Source: a virus (taxonomy: Duplodnaviria > Caudoviricetes). From it: a stretch of DNA of 64,000 nt. Within the stretch, counting starts at the first letter, position 1, and each line of letters starts with the position of its first letter. The notes beneath the pieces are model-generated. The model was not told the DNA's origin. It was given only the letters and a program-made list of their open reading frames with translations, and did not search any database. This document shows positions 18,441 through 28,020 of the stretch, in pieces. The position numbers and the translations under genes are program-made. The stretch lies in IMG/VR virus record IMGVR_UViG_3300026116_000035, one strand, 5' to 3'.

Positions 18441-20418
18441 TACAGGCGGAAAATTAGGATTATTAAGTGAGGCTATCATTGATAGTTACAATGATAATGG
18501 AACTGTTAATGTAAAAATACCTACAAATGATAGTTTAATTGTAGCTTCATTACCTTTGGCATTTTGTAGTCCTAATGGGGCTTTTATTGGCGGTTATCCT
18601 TCGATTGGTACCTCTGTATCTATTTCGTATGGTCAGGGCAAATATTTTATATCTTCTTATTTACCTACATCTAAAGTATTTAATAATTCTACTCGAAATT
18701 TAATGAGTGAATTTGGTCCTGGTAAAATTCTATTACAGACTGAAAAAGCTGCAAATAGAATTTTAATGGATCCGAATGATGGAATTTCAATAGGGACTTC
18801 AGTTGCTAATGAAAAAATTGATAATAAAAGAAGTATTTGGAGTCATAATTTATCTACAGAAATGTCTTTTACGGCAGCACATCGTTCAATAATCGGTGTA
18901 ATTCAAAGAGATATAAAAGAAAATTCAACAAGAAATATTTCTAGTTCGATATTAGACTCTCATGAATATAGTGATTCATTAGTTAATATTGGTATGGATC
19001 CTACTACAACAATATCAATTAATAGTACGAGTAATTTAATTAGAAATTTGCCTTTAGTTGAAAATCATGAAATTATTTATGAATTTCAGAATTTTGATAA
19101 TGGAATAACATTTACTAATGATGAAGATGAAGCTGGCAGGTATATTTCTAAAAAACCTGCAAAAAGACCTACACAAGTATTAAGAAAAGATAGTAGGACA
19201 GATATTTTTAATTTGAATTTAAATAATCCTAATCATTTAATGGAAATATTAAAAGGTACTGGAGTTGATTTATATGGTAATATATTAGATTTAAATAGAA
19301 ATGTTTTACCAATAGGATTATTAGATTCATTTAGTTTATTAAAAAATTCGGATAAAAAAGATGCATTTAGTAAAATTAGAGCTTTACATAGAAAAAGTTT
19401 AGCATTTCATTTTGAATTAAATGCTAGAAAACAAACAGGAAATGATGATGTAAGTCAAATTCCAAATCCTATTTCGGTTGAAAATTATGGAAGAGATCGA
19501 AGTAGATTATTTATTGATATTGATAAAGAGGGGCAATTTAAAATAAATATTCCGGCATCAAGTGAAACTGGAAATGTGCCTTTATTAACTAGATATGAGA
19601 CTGCTTCAACATATGCGGCAAATTTAGGTTTAGTAAATGATCCTGATGTTTTAATAAAAGAATCAAATAATAAAGATATTTTGCATCAAGATTTTAGTAA
19701 TGCTTCTACAGTATTTTTAAAATCAGATTTAGATGGATATGAAGGTCCAATAGATATATTAAAAAATAAACCGATAAATTTAGGTACAGCTTATCATGAT
19801 ATTAAAAAAACAATATTACAGCATCAAAATACAGGTAGAGAGACATTAATTAATTATTTTGATGATGGGCAAATATATTTAAATACTATAGGATATTTAG
19901 ATAAAGTAGTAAGTGATACAGTATTTGTACATGGTCCTAATGCAAATGCTGGAGGAAGATCTGGAACTTTTAATTTTGATGGCATGATTTCGTATTCTAT
20001 TGGGGCAAATACAGTAGATCGTCAATCGGTTTGGGCAGATTATGCTGGTGGAATTGTAAGTAATGTTGGAAGGGATTTAAGAGGGAATAGTCTTTTAACA
20101 ACATTTGATGGAGCTGTTCGTTGGCAAATTGGATCTACTGGAGTTTCGGGAGATTCTAGATTTAAAAATGAAAATAATGCTCATATGGCTGGAACGTTAG
20201 ATATTAGAGTTGTTGATGGAACTGGTCAATTATCTATAATAAGAGTTGATTCAAAAGGTATTTCTATTGCTTCGGCTGGTAGATTGGAAATAGCTGCTGA
20301 ACAAGATTTAATATTAAGATCTAACGGTAATATCTTGATGGAGAGCAAGAATTGTATCTTTTACCCGGAAAATAATATGGGTCGTATTGTTAAGAGAAAT
20401 GGAATTCCTGAAATTTAA
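18433..20418 (+). CDS. Baseplate central spike (gp5/gpV-like)
   Basis: N-terminal OB-fold-like segment (IIDSYNDNGTVNVKIP...GGYPSIGTSVSISY) and C-terminal beta-strand repeats (IRVDSKGISIASAGRLEIAAEQDLILRSNGNI). ATG 18433 preferred over GTG 18424. Confidence 0.7.
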   Translation: MGSTGGKLGLLSEAIIDSYNDNGTVNVKIPTNDSLIVASLPLAFCSPNGAFIGGYPSIGTSVSISYGQGKYFISSYLPTSKVFNNSTRNLMSEFGPGKILLQTEKAANRILMDPNDGISIGTSVANEKIDNKRSIWSHNLSTEMSFTAAHRSIIGVIQRDIKENSTRNISSSILDSHEYSDSLVNIGMDPTTTISINSTSNLIRNLPLVENHEIIYEFQNFDNGITFTNDEDEAGRYISKKPAKRPTQVLRKDSRTDIFNLNLNNPNHLMEILKGTGVDLYGNILDLNRNVLPIGLLDSFSLLKNSDKKDAFSKIRALHRKSLAFHFELNARKQTGNDDVSQIPNPISVENYGRDRSRLFIDIDKEGQFKINIPASSETGNVPLLTRYETASTYAANLGLVNDPDVLIKESNNKDILHQDFSNASTVFLKSDLDGYEGPIDILKNKPINLGTAYHDIKKTILQHQNTGRETLINYFDDGQIYLNTIGYLDKVVSDTVFVHGPNANAGGRSGTFNFDGMISYSIGANTVDRQSVWADYAGGIVSNVGRDLRGNSLLTTFDGAVRWQIGSTGVSGDSRFKNENNAHMAGTLDIRVVDGTGQLSIIRVDSKGISIASAGRLEIAAEQDLILRSNGNILMESKNCIFYPENNMGRIVKRNGIPEI

Positions 20419-20466
20419 AGATATATAGATAGAGTTAATAAATGATAAAACTGTTTGGAAATATTT

Positions 20467-22620
20467 ATGCCGTGTAATCCTAATGATACAACAATTAATG
20501 TACCTGCTGCCCCTGGTGTCCCAATTAATGGATTCGGTATACCTTTTTCGCCTCCCCAATTGCCATTAAAAGGAATTGAGCTTCCAAATATTGAATCAGT
20601 TTTAGATTTAGTCAATGAATTCACGGCCCGTTTTCCATCTTCAGATTTTAAACCAAATTTAGATGATGGGACAAATACAGTTTTAACAGCTTTAATGAGT
20701 TTGTTAGATCAAGTAGCTCCATTTTTATCTTTATATAAATTTTTTCAACCAGCGATAAATATGCTTTTATGCTTATTGGAAATTCTTTGTGCATTTCCTA
20801 ATCCATTTAAAATGTTTAGAGCTATGCGTCGATTATTTAAACGATGCTTACCTGATTTAATGAAGTTATTTCCATTTTTAGCTTTATTAGTAATGATTTT
20901 ATCTTTATTATTAATTATATTAGCTTTAATCGAATACATTATAGCTATGGTAGAAAAGCTAATTGAAGATTTATTAGCTAATATTATTACGTTAGAAAAA
21001 GGTTTATCATTACAAGATGATGATGCTGTATCAGCTACTGCAAGAAAAATTGCTCAATTACTTTGTTTAATGGAAAATTTATTTTCTGTATTAATTGCTA
21101 TTTCTTCTATTATTAGTATTATTCAAGCTTTAGCGGGGATTAGTGGAAAAAGTGCTTGTGGTGGTGGTGGTGCTCCTTCTGCTGGAGATGAAAGTTGTTG
21201 TTCTTCGGATGTTTGCCCTCCATTTGTCACAGATAATCCTGATGGCATTGTTGGAATTAGTGGCGAATTAATTTATTATAATAGAATAAATACTGATCTG
21301 CGAGGAATATTTGGTGCTCTTACAGCTGAACAAGCTGGAGCATTTAATTTACCAGCTCTTAGAAATGAATCTTGGCAATTTATAAATCAGGCTACAAATC
21401 AGCCCTATCCATTTAAGGATATAATTACGGCAATTAATGGTGGTGATATTTTCTTTCCTGAGGGAGTAACATTTAATAAAAATACTCGACCAAATAAAGC
21501 TCCATATACTTTAGATTTAACTTTAACAGATTTTGATCCTAAAGTTTTTCTTAATTATGAATTAAGTGCAGGTAGAGATTTCTTAATAAAAGATTTAATT
21601 ATTACTGAAAAACCTTATATTGGAGTATTAGATTTTGATAATAATTTAAATTATTCATTAAATAGCAATGGTACTTTTAATTTAGCTGGTGGTTTAGTAT
21701 ATGAAATTGATCAAGTTACAAAAGCAGTAAATCCTTATTATGTAAATGGAGCTCATGCAACAATTGAAAGTTTTATTCATCATAATCCTAAATTTGGGTA
21801 TTTGCCGGCAATTGATGATGGATACATGATTGGCGATGTTAAATTTACATTAAATATTAATCATGAAACTTTAATACATTATGGATTAATTACGTTAGGT
21901 TGTCATCCAGATATTGCTCAAGAACGATTTGTAGCTAATACAAGTATTGAGTCTATTGGCTTTGATGCAATATCTGTTAAATTACCTGATGTTGGAGCGA
22001 ATGGAATTTTACCAGATGCTTTAGGGGCTCAAAAATGCACAGCGGCGGCAATTGAAAAATTAAGAGCTAGTGTATCTCCAGAAAATGTAGCAATATTTCA
22101 AGCAGAAATTGATGCATGTTTAAGTCAATTACGTTCAGAGGTATTACAATCTTACTGTAATATTTTAAGAGCTGGGGTTAGTGCATATGAAAGTACTATT
22201 AAGATAAATAATGATATAGAATTTATTACTCGTCCAATTAAAGTTGATGTACAATTATTAGATCCAAATGGTACATTAATTTCATTTAATATTCCTCCGA
22301 GTTGTATTCCAGAGATGGAAGAAGCACTTCAAGGAAATGTTACATTAGGTAAAATTTCTGACTTTAAATATGATGGAACTTCTACATTTAAAGCTGAAAT
22401 AACTAGTAAAGAAGCTGGTAATGGTGAATTAACTGTTACTTTTGATGGAAATACCTTTAAAAAAATAATTGGAACAGATGAAACGCCAAGTATTATTAAA
22501 GATAATATCTTAGCTTATCAATTTATTAGTACAAGTATTATTTCTAAGGTTCCTGGGTCTTCTACTTACGAAGAACAAGTACGTCGTGATGATAGTGATA
22601 TTGCTGGAGATAATCCATGA
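20467..22620 (+). CDS. Unknown virion-associated protein with long hydrophobic helices, Cys-rich segment and C-terminal Ig-like region
   Basis: LFPFLALLVMILSLLLIILALIEYIIAMV; CGGGGAPSAGDESCCSSDVC; AEITSKEAGNGELTVTFDG. ATG 20467 used instead of TTG 20455. Confidence 0.7.
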   Translation: MPCNPNDTTINVPAAPGVPINGFGIPFSPPQLPLKGIELPNIESVLDLVNEFTARFPSSDFKPNLDDGTNTVLTALMSLLDQVAPFLSLYKFFQPAINMLLCLLEILCAFPNPFKMFRAMRRLFKRCLPDLMKLFPFLALLVMILSLLLIILALIEYIIAMVEKLIEDLLANIITLEKGLSLQDDDAVSATARKIAQLLCLMENLFSVLIAISSIISIIQALAGISGKSACGGGGAPSAGDESCCSSDVCPPFVTDNPDGIVGISGELIYYNRINTDLRGIFGALTAEQAGAFNLPALRNESWQFINQATNQPYPFKDIITAINGGDIFFPEGVTFNKNTRPNKAPYTLDLTLTDFDPKVFLNYELSAGRDFLIKDLIITEKPYIGVLDFDNNLNYSLNSNGTFNLAGGLVYEIDQVTKAVNPYYVNGAHATIESFIHHNPKFGYLPAIDDGYMIGDVKFTLNINHETLIHYGLITLGCHPDIAQERFVANTSIESIGFDAISVKLPDVGANGILPDALGAQKCTAAAIEKLRASVSPENVAIFQAEIDACLSQLRSEVLQSYCNILRAGVSAYESTIKINNDIEFITRPIKVDVQLLDPNGTLISFNIPPSCIPEMEEALQGNVTLGKISDFKYDGTSTFKAEITSKEAGNGELTVTFDGNTFKKIIGTDETPSIIKDNILAYQFISTSIISKVPGSSTYEEQVRRDDSDIAGDNP

Positions 22621-24296
22621 GTGATATAAATATAGAAATAATTCAAGAATCAGGTTTTGATGATATTCAAAATGTTATTACTGATATTGAAGAATTATCA
22701 AAGCAATATGTAGGACAAATTGATTTATTAAAAAGTATTTTTAAACCAGCTACATCTAATTCTGTATCTATTGCAAAAAATATTATTAATGTAGCAGATA
22801 TTAATATTGACCATCCTCCAGAAAGTAGGACCCATTGTTTTTATAGAATGATTGGATTTCCTGTTTTAGCACCTGATGGATCATTTTATAATCCAGGATA
22901 TGAACCGAATATAGGAAGTTCATTAGAAAAAAGATCAAAGGTTAATGCAGCTTTTTTAGCTAATAAACAATTAACTATGATTATGCAACAAAGAGAATTA
23001 TCGGTTTTAACTAGGCGTAATATTTTTGCTAATCAAGATATGAATTCTACAATATATGCTTTAGGATTAAGATATATTAAAACATTCTCAGGATATTTTG
23101 ATAAAAATTCTATGGGCTCAGATCCTCTTAAAGGAGATCCGCAAGTATTTACAATAAAGTCTAGAGTTGATGGTTTAGTTGATTTTTATCAAAATAATAA
23201 TGTTGTAAATACTACAAATTCATTTAGTAAACAAAATCATATACTTAGGCCATTCGTTGTAGATCCGTTAATTGCAGAGACGGTTAATCCTGTAGAGAAT
23301 AGAATTTGTGTTCCATTTTTAAATACAAAAGAAGATACAAAAATTAATATTCATTCAGCTCCTCTTAAAAGACCTATAATAGAATTTATTTGTAGATTGA
23401 GGTTACAGCAAGATAATAAAACTGATACATATTTTATAAATCAGGTTAATAAATTAATTTCTGGAACGAGTTCAAATTCTAATAGTTCTTTACAGGATAT
23501 TAAAAATACAATTTTAGCTTTATCTGGAAATGATAATTTATCTGAATTAAAGGATAATACGTTATTTTTGGATAATATTAATAATTTTTCAAGTGTACAG
23601 ACAGCTACATTAAATATGTTAATTAAAACTATTAAAGGATTAGTATTTCAATTAGACGCAACAATAAGAAATTTAGATATAATTACGAGAAAAATTGATT
23701 TTCAACCTATTCCTAATAAAGAAGGGCCAGAATTTGGTGGAGGTATTAGAAGTACAATAAATTCAGTTTATGATCAAAAAATAGCTAACTTAACTATATT
23801 AAATTTAAATAATCAAAGACAGCAACAATTAATTGCGGATAAATTGGGCGGTGGAAATGAATTATTTGCTAGCGCTGTAATTGCTTCTAGTCAAAAAAAT
23901 TACAAAACTGAAATAAATAATTTACAAAGACAGAAGGATGATTTGGCCAATGAAGCTTTAAATAATTTAGCTGATATTGAAAGAATTTGTGGAGAAGTGA
24001 GTGGACTAGGATTAATTGATATTTTAGCAATTTATACGGCATTATGGGCCATAGATATAGATTCATTAATTGGTTTACTTGATGATAAAGCATTTAATAG
24101 ACTTTATGATTTTAATGTTGAGTTAAGAACAAAAGAAGTAGAAGCTAGAAAATCTAGTGGATCAAGTGCAGTTACTTGTTTTGATGCATTAAAAAATTTT
24201 GAAACTAGTTTATTTAATATATTATCATTTGCAGATAAAATATTAGAAATGGCAGAAAGTTCACCATCAATAAATTCTGATAGTTATATTTATTAA
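22617..24296 (+). CDS. Hypothetical protein in the baseplate module
   Basis: 559-aa ORF coupled by an ATGA overlap; no recognised motif. Confidence 0.75.
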   Translation: MSDINIEIIQESGFDDIQNVITDIEELSKQYVGQIDLLKSIFKPATSNSVSIAKNIINVADINIDHPPESRTHCFYRMIGFPVLAPDGSFYNPGYEPNIGSSLEKRSKVNAAFLANKQLTMIMQQRELSVLTRRNIFANQDMNSTIYALGLRYIKTFSGYFDKNSMGSDPLKGDPQVFTIKSRVDGLVDFYQNNNVVNTTNSFSKQNHILRPFVVDPLIAETVNPVENRICVPFLNTKEDTKINIHSAPLKRPIIEFICRLRLQQDNKTDTYFINQVNKLISGTSSNSNSSLQDIKNTILALSGNDNLSELKDNTLFLDNINNFSSVQTATLNMLIKTIKGLVFQLDATIRNLDIITRKIDFQPIPNKEGPEFGGGIRSTINSVYDQKIANLTILNLNNQRQQQLIADKLGGGNELFASAVIASSQKNYKTEINNLQRQKDDLANEALNNLADIERICGEVSGLGLIDILAIYTALWAIDIDSLIGLLDDKAFNRLYDFNVELRTKEVEARKSSGSSAVTCFDALKNFETSLFNILSFADKILEMAESSPSINSDSYIY

Positions 24297-24303
24297 GGAA
24301 ATA

Positions 24304-24732
24304 ATGTCTTTTGATTTAAAAATACTTAATGGAGATTTGGTTATCGGAACGAATGCTGATTTAGCTCAGGTTCAAGATACTGAAAAATTAATTCAGGATG
24401 TATTAAAAATATTAATGACAGAGGTGGGAGCTAATCCCTGGTTTCCCTGGTATGGCTCTTTATTATCAGGATCAATGGTAGGTTCTCCGTTTGATTCTAA
24501 ATTTATTGCTACTATGGCAGAAAATCAGATTCGATCAAGTTTAGAAATAATTCAAGGATTACAAAGAGATCAAGCTACTAAACAATTAGTAACACCAAGT
24601 GAGTTATTGGCAGCCATTAAAAGTGTAAATGTGGCAAGAAATCAAATAAACCCTATGTTTTTTTCTATAAGTTTGGCAATTTTAACTAAAAATTTAACAG
24701 TAGCAAATACTAAATTTAATGTAACACTTTAA
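24304..24732 (+). CDS. Baseplate wedge / sheath initiator (gp25/gpW-like)
   Basis: DLKILNGDLVI...EKLIQDVLKILMTEVGANPWFPWYGSLL; 142 aa; precedes the J-like gene. Confidence 0.85.
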   Translation: MSFDLKILNGDLVIGTNADLAQVQDTEKLIQDVLKILMTEVGANPWFPWYGSLLSGSMVGSPFDSKFIATMAENQIRSSLEIIQGLQRDQATKQLVTPSELLAAIKSVNVARNQINPMFFSISLAILTKNLTVANTKFNVTL

Positions 24733-24744
24733 ACTAATTAAATC

Positions 24745-24756
24745 GCATATTTATGA
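24745..24756 (+). promoter_or_regulatory. Second copy of GCATATTTATGA
   Basis: Intergenic, 21 nt upstream of the J-like start; identical to 9345-9356. Confidence 0.4.
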
Positions 24757-24777
24757 TTTATACTAATTAGGAATTTA

Positions 24778-27700
24778 ATGGCACGTATTCGGAGCTCAAA
24801 CGAAATAATATTAGCATTATTAGATTTTTATCGAAATGCTCAACCTAACTTGGATACAAAACCAGGGACAGTATCTAGAGATCTTTTGGTTGATGGTTTT
24901 GCTTCTCAATTATCTCGCTTATATGAAGAGTTAGCCCGAACATCTTCATTACAATCCTTACGATTAGCTTTAGGTTCAGATTTAGTTAACTTAGCCAGCA
25001 ATTTTGGAGTTTTTAAAAAAAATGGCTCCAAATCTAGTGGTCCAGTATTATTCACATTTAATTCATTAACTTCCGATATACCAATTAATAAAGGTGATAT
25101 TGTTACTGCCAGAAATGGTGCAACATTTGTGGTATCAAATGGTTTAGTAGTTAGCTCAGTTTTTGCTAATTCATTTAAGGCTATAGCATCTCAATTCAGA
25201 ACTGATTTAGATTTAGCAGGAATTTCTGATCAATATGCTGTTCAGGTACAAGTTGAAGCAACAGCAACTGGAATTCAAGGAAATATTTCGAAATATTCTA
25301 TAGTTTCAACATCTACTTCTGGTGTAAGTAATGTACTTAACGTAGTTCCTTTTGGCGGTGGAAAGGCAGCCGAAGATGAATCAGCGTTTAGAAGTAGAAT
25401 TTTATCGGTATTTTCCGGGTCAAATACGGGAACTTCTTTAGGATATAAAAATGCTGTGTTAAGTGATCCGGCTACAATAGATGCTGTAGTTATTGAACCT
25501 GGCGATACATTAATGACTAGGGATGGAACTCAAGTATTTACAGCTGAAAATGGAACAAAAACTATTATTTCTGAAGGATCTGGTGGTAAAATTGATATTT
25601 ATGTATTCGGAGCTAGATTACAAGAAGTATTAGATAGTTATATTTATAGAGATTTAAGTAATACTGGAAATGCTACAAATCCGGCTAACAATTTTGTATT
25701 GGGGCAATTATCTACTGATGATAATAAAACGGTAACTAAAAAACGTTTAGATGATCTGGCTAATGGAATTTTACCATCACAACCAATAAATAATGTAATT
25801 CAAGTTAGCGGTTCATTAAGTGGTAATAATTTTATTGAAAAATCAGTTGATAGTTTGGGTAGAGTATCAGGCAACTATGAAATTATAAAAGATACTGGTG
25901 CATATGGTGGTAGTCCATGGGGATTTGATAAATTATCTTGGATTTCTGACAGAGTTTCTGGATTTAAAGAAGATACTACAAAAGGTATATTTGACGGCCA
26001 AGATTCATTATCATTTTCTGATATTACTGAAATCCAAACAATTCAGCAAAATATTAGTATTGTAAATGAAAATAGTAAAGTTTTGCCGTCAGATCGTTCA
26101 ATGATTCAATTATCACATTATCCTATTTCTAATGTAACTAGAGTATTTAACGTATCAACAGGCGAAAGATATGTTATTGTAAATCAAAATCCTAATGGAA
26201 CAGGATCAGTAAATAATACCGGAAAAATTCAAATATCAGGTGGAAGTTTACCAGCTGTTAATGATATTTTACAAACTGATTATACTTGGTTATTTACATA
26301 TGATCCAAATTTTGATTATGATAATAAGGCTAATAAAAATAATATTAGGGCAGTTCAAGATAGCGTAGATTGGGGATTTTCTAATATTGTAAAGCGAGAA
26401 CAGGCTACATTAATTACTACAAGTTCCACCTTAACTGTAACTACAACTCATCCAATAAATAGTGTTATTAGTGTTAATGTATTTAAAAATGAAACCAACG
26501 CTGTTTCATATGTTTCGAATAGACTTTCAGTTGTTGTAAATTTTCCTGTTACGAATGTGGTTAGTGTAATTAGAACTTCAGATAATGCTGAATTATGGAA
26601 TACAAATAAATTAGACGGTACATTTAGTGGATTTACTATATTTTTACCAACAGATACATCGGCCAGTGTAGGTAATTTAATAGAAGTTGTTTATAATGCT
26701 GTTGATGTTTTTAATGTAGATAATAGTGAGGGAAGTTTTAATGATAATAAAATTACAATAGTTCCTAGTGCTACTGCTATAGCTGGTACTATTGTTGAAG
26801 TAAATTATATAGCAAATATAAATACATTATTACCATCATTAACTCTAGCTAATTTACCTGCAATAAGAGCTGGAAATTATTTTAATACTACAAATTTAAA
26901 TAATATTGGAAATCAACCGACTAGTCATATATTTTCTAATACGGGCGGTATAATTCAAAATTTAAGAAGTGCTCCAACAAGACTTGCTTTAACAATTTCT
27001 GGATCAATTTCTCCCGGAGTTATTACCGTATCTGGAACTACCATTTTTGGAGTTTTAGATGTTGTGTATACTGTAGGAACATCTGGATTAAAACAAGATT
27101 TAAGATCTGCTTTACGGACAGCTTTAGGATTAACTTCAGTATCGGATATTCCTTCTAATTTAAAAATAGCTAGATTAATTAGTTTAGAAAAAGTAGAAAC
27201 TACATCAAATTTAGATGTATTAAATATATTAAATAGTTTTGATATTAAGGGATATGGAATACGAGAAAATACATTTGTTAAAAATGAAGCTGTGGCTGAT
27301 TTAACATTAGGTGTTACAGAAATATCTTTACCAAATACGGTAAATAATAATGATAATTTACCGCAAGTTGGTGAACGATTAAAAGTTTCATTTTATTATA
27401 TATTAGAAAATTCTTCAGAAAATGTATTATTTTCAAAGGGTGGAACGCTTTATACTAATAAATCTTTTGCTTTTGTTGATTCTGTTGTTATTTCAAGTGG
27501 TTTTACTTCTGGATCATCTAGTTCCGCGTTATTAACTATTTCTAATCAAAATCAACCTACAACTGGTTCAAGATATAGTGTAATTTATGATTATATTGCG
27601 CCAAAACAAAATGAAAGAATTACTATTGATTATAATTACAATCAATTAATAGGTGATGCAACATTGGCTGTAGAAAATACTAGGCCAATAAACGCTGATG

Positions 27701-28020
27701 TTTTGGTAAAAGAATCACCTTCTATAAAAGTTGATATAGAAATGAATATTGTGTTAACTGATGATTTTATAAATAATGGAAACACTGTGAAACAAAATGT
27801 TCAAGATATTGTAACTTCAACATTAAATTCTAATAAATTAGGTTTGACTATTGATTCATCTGATTTAATTAATGCTGCATATACAATAGATGGTGTTGAT
27901 AGAGTTAGAGTATTATTTTTTAATAAATCAGATTTGGCCGGAAGTGTATTAAGTATTACGGCACAGAAGAATGAATATATAGTTGCAAATGATGTTGTTA
28001 TAAATATAGAAACGAGATAA
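24778..28020 (+). CDS. Baseplate J-like wedge protein (expanded, 1080 aa)
   Basis: VEATATGIQGN...SGVSNVLNVVPFGGGKAAEDESAFRSRIL is the baseplate J signature; C-terminal IDSSDLINAAYTIDGVDRV. Confidence 0.88.
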   Translation: MARIRSSNEIILALLDFYRNAQPNLDTKPGTVSRDLLVDGFASQLSRLYEELARTSSLQSLRLALGSDLVNLASNFGVFKKNGSKSSGPVLFTFNSLTSDIPINKGDIVTARNGATFVVSNGLVVSSVFANSFKAIASQFRTDLDLAGISDQYAVQVQVEATATGIQGNISKYSIVSTSTSGVSNVLNVVPFGGGKAAEDESAFRSRILSVFSGSNTGTSLGYKNAVLSDPATIDAVVIEPGDTLMTRDGTQVFTAENGTKTIISEGSGGKIDIYVFGARLQEVLDSYIYRDLSNTGNATNPANNFVLGQLSTDDNKTVTKKRLDDLANGILPSQPINNVIQVSGSLSGNNFIEKSVDSLGRVSGNYEIIKDTGAYGGSPWGFDKLSWISDRVSGFKEDTTKGIFDGQDSLSFSDITEIQTIQQNISIVNENSKVLPSDRSMIQLSHYPISNVTRVFNVSTGERYVIVNQNPNGTGSVNNTGKIQISGGSLPAVNDILQTDYTWLFTYDPNFDYDNKANKNNIRAVQDSVDWGFSNIVKREQATLITTSSTLTVTTTHPINSVISVNVFKNETNAVSYVSNRLSVVVNFPVTNVVSVIRTSDNAELWNTNKLDGTFSGFTIFLPTDTSASVGNLIEVVYNAVDVFNVDNSEGSFNDNKITIVPSATAIAGTIVEVNYIANINTLLPSLTLANLPAIRAGNYFNTTNLNNIGNQPTSHIFSNTGGIIQNLRSAPTRLALTISGSISPGVITVSGTTIFGVLDVVYTVGTSGLKQDLRSALRTALGLTSVSDIPSNLKIARLISLEKVETTSNLDVLNILNSFDIKGYGIRENTFVKNEAVADLTLGVTEISLPNTVNNNDNLPQVGERLKVSFYYILENSSENVLFSKGGTLYTNKSFAFVDSVVISSGFTSGSSSSALLTISNQNQPTTGSRYSVIYDYIAPKQNERITIDYNYNQLIGDATLAVENTRPINADVLVKESPSIKVDIEMNIVLTDDFINNGNTVKQNVQDIVTSTLNSNKLGLTIDSSDLINAAYTIDGVDRVRVLFFNKSDLAGSVLSITAQKNEYIVANDVVINIETR

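Noticed and set aside
20314-20939. Minus-strand ORFs 20314..20559, 20415..20624, 20745..20939
   Set aside because: They overlap longer plus-strand genes; no SD or recognisable content.
23887-24093. Minus-strand ORF
   Set aside because: Antisense within the 559-aa gene.
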